Shown in pieces: positions 62,945 to 64,000 of a stretch of DNA of 64,000 nt. The stretch is taken from positions 27,776,001 to 27,840,000 of the forward strand of contig CM060731.1 of NCBI GenBank assembly GCA_030704615.1, in the 5' to 3' direction. Position numbers and translations under genes: made by a program. The first letter of the stretch is position 1. Each line of letters opens with the position of its first letter. The notes beneath the pieces were generated by a model. It saw nothing but the letters and a program-made list of their open reading frames with translations. It made no database searches and was not told the origin of the DNA. Origin of the DNA: Takakia lepidozioides (lineage: Eukaryota; Plantae; Bryophyta).

Positions 62945-64000
62945 CTAAATCCTTCACTTGTAGCCCTCATCTTGCAGCAGCCGGTCCGTCTGATTTGGTG
63001 TATGAACACCTCCGTGACTGTCTCAATCCACATGACTCTGCTAGTGGGTTTTCCCAGCTATTTCAAGTTTGCTATTTCATTGCAATGAGCTGCTGCTTTC
63101 TACTTAAAGCATCGGCCACCACATTGTCCCGTCCCGGTTTATACTGGATATCCACGTCGAACAGTGCCAAAGTGTCTTGCCACCTAATTTGTTTTGGGGA
63201 CAACTTAGGCTGCGTGGCAAAATACTTCATCGTGACATTGTCCGTGAACACCTTCACCGGGTTGGAACCAAAATAGTGGCGCCAAAGCTCAAGGCAATGT
63301 ATACCTACCCCAGTAGCACATTTGCTTGGAGCAGCACGGCTCTTGGCCATGTCCAAGAACACAGGTGGGACTCGTCTTATTGCAGTGGTGGAGGTTCTGT
63401 ATCGTTTGGTTAGCCGCTCTATCTGCATCCAATTTCGGGAGGTCTTTTCTTCTCACTTTTCTCCACATCAGTTTGGGGTCGCTACTCCGGGAGGTTGTGA
63501 AGCGGTGGTGCATGGGATTCGGGCTTCCCTTGACCTTCATCCAGATTGGGTCGTCCTTTAGGTGGATGTGACCAACGCCTTCAACGCGGTGTCCAGATCA
63601 GCAATATTTCAAGAACTGCGATCAGCCGGCAGCGCATGCCATCAACTCATTCCCTTTGTGAGATTGTTTTATGTTTCCTCCACCCCTTTGTTTTACAGTC
63701 ATCAGACCTGTACCGGAGATCTTACTATAATCCAGTCCGAAGTAGGAACCCGTCAGGACGATCCATTAGGGGGACCTCTTTTTGCTTTTGCCCACTTCCG
63801 AGCCATTCACTCATCTGCGCAAGCCTTCCAATCCTGTATATTTCCTTCTGTTGCTGATGATACCCACATCACTGGCCCTCCCATTGATATCATTTTGGCT
63901 TTCCATCACTTTGCTAACCAACTTCACTCTCTTGGGCTCACTGTTCAACCTCGCAAATCCACAGTTTGGTCACCCTCTTGTGCCTCCTGTCGACTTTCTA
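62945..64000 (+). mobile_element. Second CRE-like LINE copy (RT region), running off the window
   Basis: Colinear with 12490-13330 (HLAAAGPS, QFGVATPGGCEAVV, RQDDPLG, VADD). Confidence 0.9.
63088..63299 (-). mobile_element. Isolated Gypsy RNase H fragment inserted in the LINE
   Basis: HCLELWRHYF...VFTDN...YKPGRDNVVADALSR; GCAATG repeated at both junctions. Confidence 0.85.

Overview
Eukaryotic, intron-containing, TE-rich land-plant nuclear DNA. It is probably from a bryophyte; this is inferred from the PLS-DYW PPR gene and the repeat types. Three intact host genes are present: a GH17 beta-1,3-glucanase, a PLS-E-DYW PPR editing factor and an OEP7-like protein. There are also PPR and uracil-DNA-glycosylase fragments. 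The most striking object is a 9.6-kb Ty3/Gypsy retrotransposon (335-9922, minus strand, GTAA target-site duplication). It carries a DNMT3-like cytosine-5 methyltransferase domain between protease and RT and a PHD finger after a DDE integrase. It has a self-priming PBS instead of a tRNA PBS. Its terminal repeats are split/permuted (A...B-gc-A-B), exactly as expected if a 2-LTR circle were opened at an internal CA-gc-TG palindrome. The second major object is a ~16-kb composite region (about 42.56-58.74 kb) with kinase, RING-H2 and hAT-transposase pseudogenes. Each is preceded by an array of GCGACCGCC-N5/6-GGCGGTCGC palindromes, and the region also holds long foldbacks and nested tandem duplications. 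Other mobile DNA includes two CRE-like (restriction-like endonuclease) LINEs, a tRNA-derived SINE with TSD, a Copia remnant and two more fragments of the DNMT-Gypsy family. No database searches were run; family calls rest on motif recognition.
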